A stretch of DNA of 42,166 nucleotides, from NCBI GenBank assembly GCA_000320545.1, contig ADNK01001085.1:1-42166 (forward strand), given 5' to 3'. This document shows positions 37,125-42,166 of the stretch, piece after piece. The DNA comes from Bigelowiella natans CCMP2755 (taxonomy: Eukaryota; Protista; Cercozoa). Under the pieces are notes generated by a model. It was not told the origin of the DNA and made no database searches. It saw only the letters and a program-made list of their open reading frames with translations. Each line of letters begins with the position of its first letter. The stretch's first letter is position 1. A program made the position numbers and the translations under genes.

Positions 37125-38731
37125 ATGGCAAAGCCTTCCTCCGCATCTCTCAGGGAGATCGAGGTAATGGTGGACCATGCCCAACAAACAAGTTAACCCG
37201 AAGCTTGAAAGAATGTCTAATTTCCTCTCACGATGATAAAACAGATTCGAGATGGTGATTGCCATGTAGATGAGAAGGAGCTTCCAGAATCGACCTGGAG
37301 GACATGCTACTGCCCTTGGGTATAGATTCGCCATAAGCCGCCAAAACGATTATTCTTAACTATCGCCCAAATATTAACGCTTCCACTCATCCATTTCCTA
37401 GGTTACGCCGGCCGGTGATCTTCGTCCTCATATTTTTGGGACGAACAGAATCACGAGCACCAAATATACCCCGTAATGGATTTTTCCACTAGGAAGTGGA
37501 ACCAGCATTCATCCTGTCTTCCATGATCATGATTTATGAACATGTTGTTCCTAAGCGCATTTCACGTTTAACGCACGCTTCTCCGATATGTTTTAGCCTT
37601 TCGTAAAATGAACATTCTGAATTCTCACTCTTCTCACCATTAGAGCTACCTTCCTCCCTGTTAACTTCTATGAGCAAATCATGCCATGGTACAAGCCGGC
37701 CAACTTCTATTTCCTGTGCATAGCAGTTCTGCAGGTAGTAACGTCACTCATTCTCGCAGCTACATGACACACTATCTACAGGATTGTTGGCGTCGATTTG
37801 ATCCTGATGGTGATGGCAAACAGTGTCTGTGCATGTGTGTGTTTTGTAATATTCACCCTGTCGCTACTTTTCCTCCTCACCAGAGTATAAGTGCCATATC
37901 GACAACACAAGGAAAGCCTACCATCCTCATGCCTCTTCTATTTGTCGTTGGGGTCACAATGATCAAGGTGAAGACTAAAAGTACATGATGAGAATGCTTC
38001 CTTGCTAATTTGTAAACAATATTGGACAACTATCAGTAGCAATGTTTGCCGTTGCAGTCTGCAAAGCAAGAGATAACTATTTATCTTATCACCCACTCTT
38101 CCTTGAATTACAATTAAGGACTGGATCGAAGACAGCAAGCGTAGACAACAAGATCGGGATGCAAATGAAGCAATGTAATATCATTCTCTTGCATTTGGTA
38201 GTGGTAGGTAAAAGGGGTATGATGTGGGACGAAATATCAGGATTCAATGATAGAATATATATCATCGAATACTTGTTTATGATTCTTTCTCCTCAGCTTG
38301 ACTACATCTTATGGTTTCTTCTTTAAACATGATCATCATCCCCCACCATCATCATCATGGTTGTCATCTCAGGTACAAGGTTTGGCGAAGAGGGGCGTGG
38401 GTCGACGTACAAGCTCAGAATATCTTGGTAATAATACGAATTGGAGGTTGAAAGCCAGATGAGAGCACCGCGTCAATATGAACTTTTATGGGGTTGGTCG
38501 GTCGTTGGTGTGTGGCGATTGGAGAATTGTCTTAAATCATTGCCACACTCACCATTCTCCTGCTCCTCCTCCTCCTCATCATCAGGTCGGCGATTTCGTG
38601 TTGATTAAGGAGGACGGGAGGTTGCCCTGCGACGTCTTTGTTGTGGTAATACTACTTCAAGGGTATTGGATACCTGAGTGCCTTGTCGTACAGCAGCTGC
38701 CATACGCGCCATTGAGTACCCATCACTCAAG

Positions 38732-38762
<31 letters not shown>

Positions 38763-39434
38763 CAAACATAGGGCTCTGGTATAGATAGCGGGGATGTCGC
38801 ATTCATCGACACCAAGGATCTTGACGGTAGTGTTGATAAACCAAAACAAATATACCGTTGGTAGGATGGGAGAATAGTTATTCCCATAGTTGCGGAAAGC
38901 GTGTGCGCATCTCACTGCTGTTCCTTCCTCACAGGAGAAACCAACTTAAAGCCCAAAAGCGTACCCAAGTTTCTATTACAGCAATTTCCAAGAGTAAGTA
39001 CTGTAGTTGGAGAGATTCGTCGACTATACAAATCACTAAAACTTGTGTTAGTTGTGCCACCCACTGGCAACACATCCTGGTCATGAATTGATCAAATGTC
39101 ACTGAGGGGGGGGGGATGGGACAGAATTATAACAACCGTTTTGTCGTAGCATTTGTGGGTGCTATATGAGCTCCCTCATCGTCATCGTCATCATCATCAT
39201 CATCATCATCGTCATCGTCATCATCTAGCACACACTAATACGACCGCACTCATGCCGCCATCAGACGAAAAGCAGCCCTGACCACGTGAGTACGGTTTCA
39301 ATGCATCTCCAGTGTGATTCCCCGGTATGTATATGTTTATATATAAATCTATATTCGACGCCTACACACGCGAATGGACCTTCCCATTTCCATTTCTGAC
39401 TCCGTACCCGGATCATCATCACCATCATCATCAC

Positions 39435-39469
<35 letters not shown>

Positions 39470-40095
39470 ACTCCTTGCTTGTGCATCGTCCTCCTCACAA
39501 TCTGCAGGAAAACTCGAGCTTTACGGACATGGGCGAGTGGTCTGGGATGGTAGTGATTCGCGAGAGGATCAACGAACGAGAAGAAAGAACGATGACCTTG
39601 TTGATGATAACATCACACATCTTCACAACCATGTGTTTTGCTTGCTAGATCAAGTTTGAGAACCCGCGAAGAGAGCTTCTTGGTAGCACTTACTTAATAA
39701 ATAGTGGTGGTGGTGCTTTGTCCTTTATATGTACTGGTGTTGTCAGCTCTAGAAGTAGTAGGTAGCTAAATTTGAATGGTATGTATTGTTATTGTCACTA
39801 TTACTATTATTATTAGCTGTAGTAGCGGTAGTAGAATATTACGGAAGTCATCACCACCGATTCGGTATGAAGATTCATCCCCCCGCCCCTCCCCTCCCTC
39901 TTGGTGAATGGTCCGTGGTACAGAGATGAAAGGCAAGCAGAAGAAGGGAGGCTTCCACGTTGGTACCTAAAGAAGACTGTGTTGTGTAGTTGTTGTAATG
40001 CTTCAATTTTTGTGAGTTTGCTGAGCTGTTGGATGACTGTGGTGGAGGTGGTCATTGATTAATTATTGATTGGTGGTAACCTGATGGTTTCTTCT

Positions 40096-40170
<75 letters not shown>

Positions 40171-40877
40171 CTCTCTTTCTCTCTTTCACCCTCCCTCTTG
40201 ATCTATTTTAGGAATCGACAACTTTATCCTGAGGACATGTGTGGTACTACCTATTACTACTACTACCGCTATCACTGCCACATCTTGCTCTTTGCCTGGA
40301 GAGGCATGAGGAAGATGACAAGTGAAACATATCTATCTGCATTGTGTTCAATAAATGATTGCCTGCTGCTCACCGCACATGCCACCTCCACCTCTTGCCT
40401 CTTACATTGTAATAGCTTCGAAATACGCCATGGATCATCGGACTTGCAGTCTACACAGGTAGCAATTTCATCATAACAACAACCGAACGACGACGATGGA
40501 GGCGAAGAAGAAGAAGAAGAACAACAAAATGATAGATAATGTACGAGTGGCCGGACCCGCGCCGCTGTATGCAGAACATGCGATTTTGTGCTTCAGTAAA
40601 AGTGGGGGTTAATGCTTTTTGGTCGTACGTTTTGTGCTCGTGAGCATTGCGTGCGAGGAGTAACTCTTCTTATGCTAACCGCTCTTTACACTCCTCCCTC
40701 CCCCCTCAGGCGAACAAACAAAGATTCGGAAAAACAACGCGAAGAACCAGGATAGCATGAAGATTAAGAACTCCACGGTGAGTTGTACCACGTGAACGTG
40801 ATATTTCGCCATCGCTACTTTTTGCCCCCTTAGAATGATATGGGAGAAGCAAACACACGCACACACACACACACACA

Positions 40878-40923
<46 letters not shown>

Positions 40924-41583
40924 TCTTCTTTTATTCATGATCTGCCCCCACTTCGTTGAAGAAAAAGAAATCATAACTTTACCACACAAATACTTACCCA
41001 AAGCTGCTGCTGCTGAAACTTGGATCATTCTTGCCTCATGCCCTGTGATCGATCTCCTTCCGCAGGTCTTCCGTCATATGAATTATGGCTTCGCTGCGAT
41101 GGGATTGCTTCAGGTATGTACGTCGAAGAGTATCAATTAATAATGCCGTACTGTGCTAGCCTTGTGCATCATCAATGATTGTCCCCCCCAATTTCGTGAA
41201 TGCGGCTGCAATTGATCGAACGACGCTGATGATAACACTGTCTCGTGCTGTTCTTCTTGTGGTTTTAGATTTGTTGCTGTTTATTCGCCTCGATCTTTGC
41301 TGGAATGTATCAGGTGAGAGAGAGAGAGAGGGGGGGGGGAGGGGAAAGGCTAATGGTGATTAGATGGCAAATATGATCAAAGTGCATTTAGTTGCTGCTT
41401 CGATCCAATGGAAGTGGTGATTGTACTCGTTCGTGAATTTGCAAATTTACACGACGCAATGGCTTTTTTAGTCTCGCCTTAAAGGAAGCTCAGGAGGCTG
41501 GGGAGATGCTTGGTATCTTGCCCTGGAAGATTCGCCATTCTTTGCCGGGTTCAAAAGGTAATACTATTGGAAATTGTTGTGGT

Positions 41584-41621
<38 letters not shown>

Positions 41622-41936
41622 TAGTAGTACGCACGTGCACAAACAACTTTAATAATAGGCAGTAACTAAAGCTGCTGTATTGGACGCAATCGCTACTATT
41701 GTTCGACCCCCCACCTCCTCCCCCCCCCCCCCCTCGTCTGTATAAGGTTCTTTACGTGGTTCATCATCTGCAAAGACTTCCTTCCCATCTCCCTCTACGT
41801 GTCATTGGAAATGGTGCAGTTTTGCCAGGCAAAGGTATGGTCATCATCATCATCATTATCATCATCATCATCAGGTGCAGATAGACATTCTGTCATCTGT
41901 GGAGGCATTTCACTCATACCATATACCCCCCCCCCC

Positions 41937-41981
<45 letters not shown>

Positions 41982-42166
41982 TCCTTTCCATCCACAACTG
42001 TACGGTGCGATGAGCTTCTTCTCTCCGCCATTAGTTTCGCAACTGTCGTGAAAATAATGGGGTATCGTTGCAGCGTGTGCTGATTTGCCTGACCCTCTTC
42101 TTCTTCTTCTTCTTCTTCTTCTTCTTCTTCTTCTTTTCATGCTTTAACGGTAGCATATGCTTAGAC
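37125..42166 (+). CDS. P4-type ATPase (phospholipid flippase), N-terminal part; truncated by window end
   Basis: Spliced motifs NRITSTKYTP, FLPVNFYEQ, ANFYFL, VGDFVLI, LDGETNLK, LRNTPWIIGLAVYTG and FLPISLYVSLEMV. Confidence 0.93.

Noticed and set aside
36800-37334. Minus-strand ORFs of 104 and 78 aa
   Set aside because: They overlap the promoter and first exons of the plus-strand P4-ATPase and contain no motifs.

Overview
Gene-dense, intron-rich eukaryotic nuclear DNA with microsatellite-filled introns of about 75-500 bp. It is most plausibly from a flagellate chlorarachniophyte alga (Bigelowiella-like); this is inferred from bipartite targeting peptides, BBS5 and intron style. Manual splicing supports 13 protein genes: thioredoxin-like (-), TAM41 (+), Zn-ribbon/HIT-like protein (-), 7-TM protein resembling 7TMIC/GRL channels (+), ankyrin-repeat gene built from 179-bp exon+intron cassettes (-), BBS5 (-), TAF7 (+), SMARCD/BAF60 (-), signal-peptide-bearing mini-BUD13 (+), plastid-targeted CobW GTPase (-), PAC/TMEM206-like 2-TM channel (+), C2H2 zinc finger-TALE homeobox gene (-) and a P4-ATPase truncated by the window end (+). 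Twelve genes form six divergent pairs. The convergent gaps hold decayed CTAG/CATG/TGCA-rich repeats and a ~1 kb inverted-repeat element. The ankyrin gene is the only unpaired gene, and its cassettes vary mainly at binding-surface positions. All exon models are manual and some termini are unresolved.
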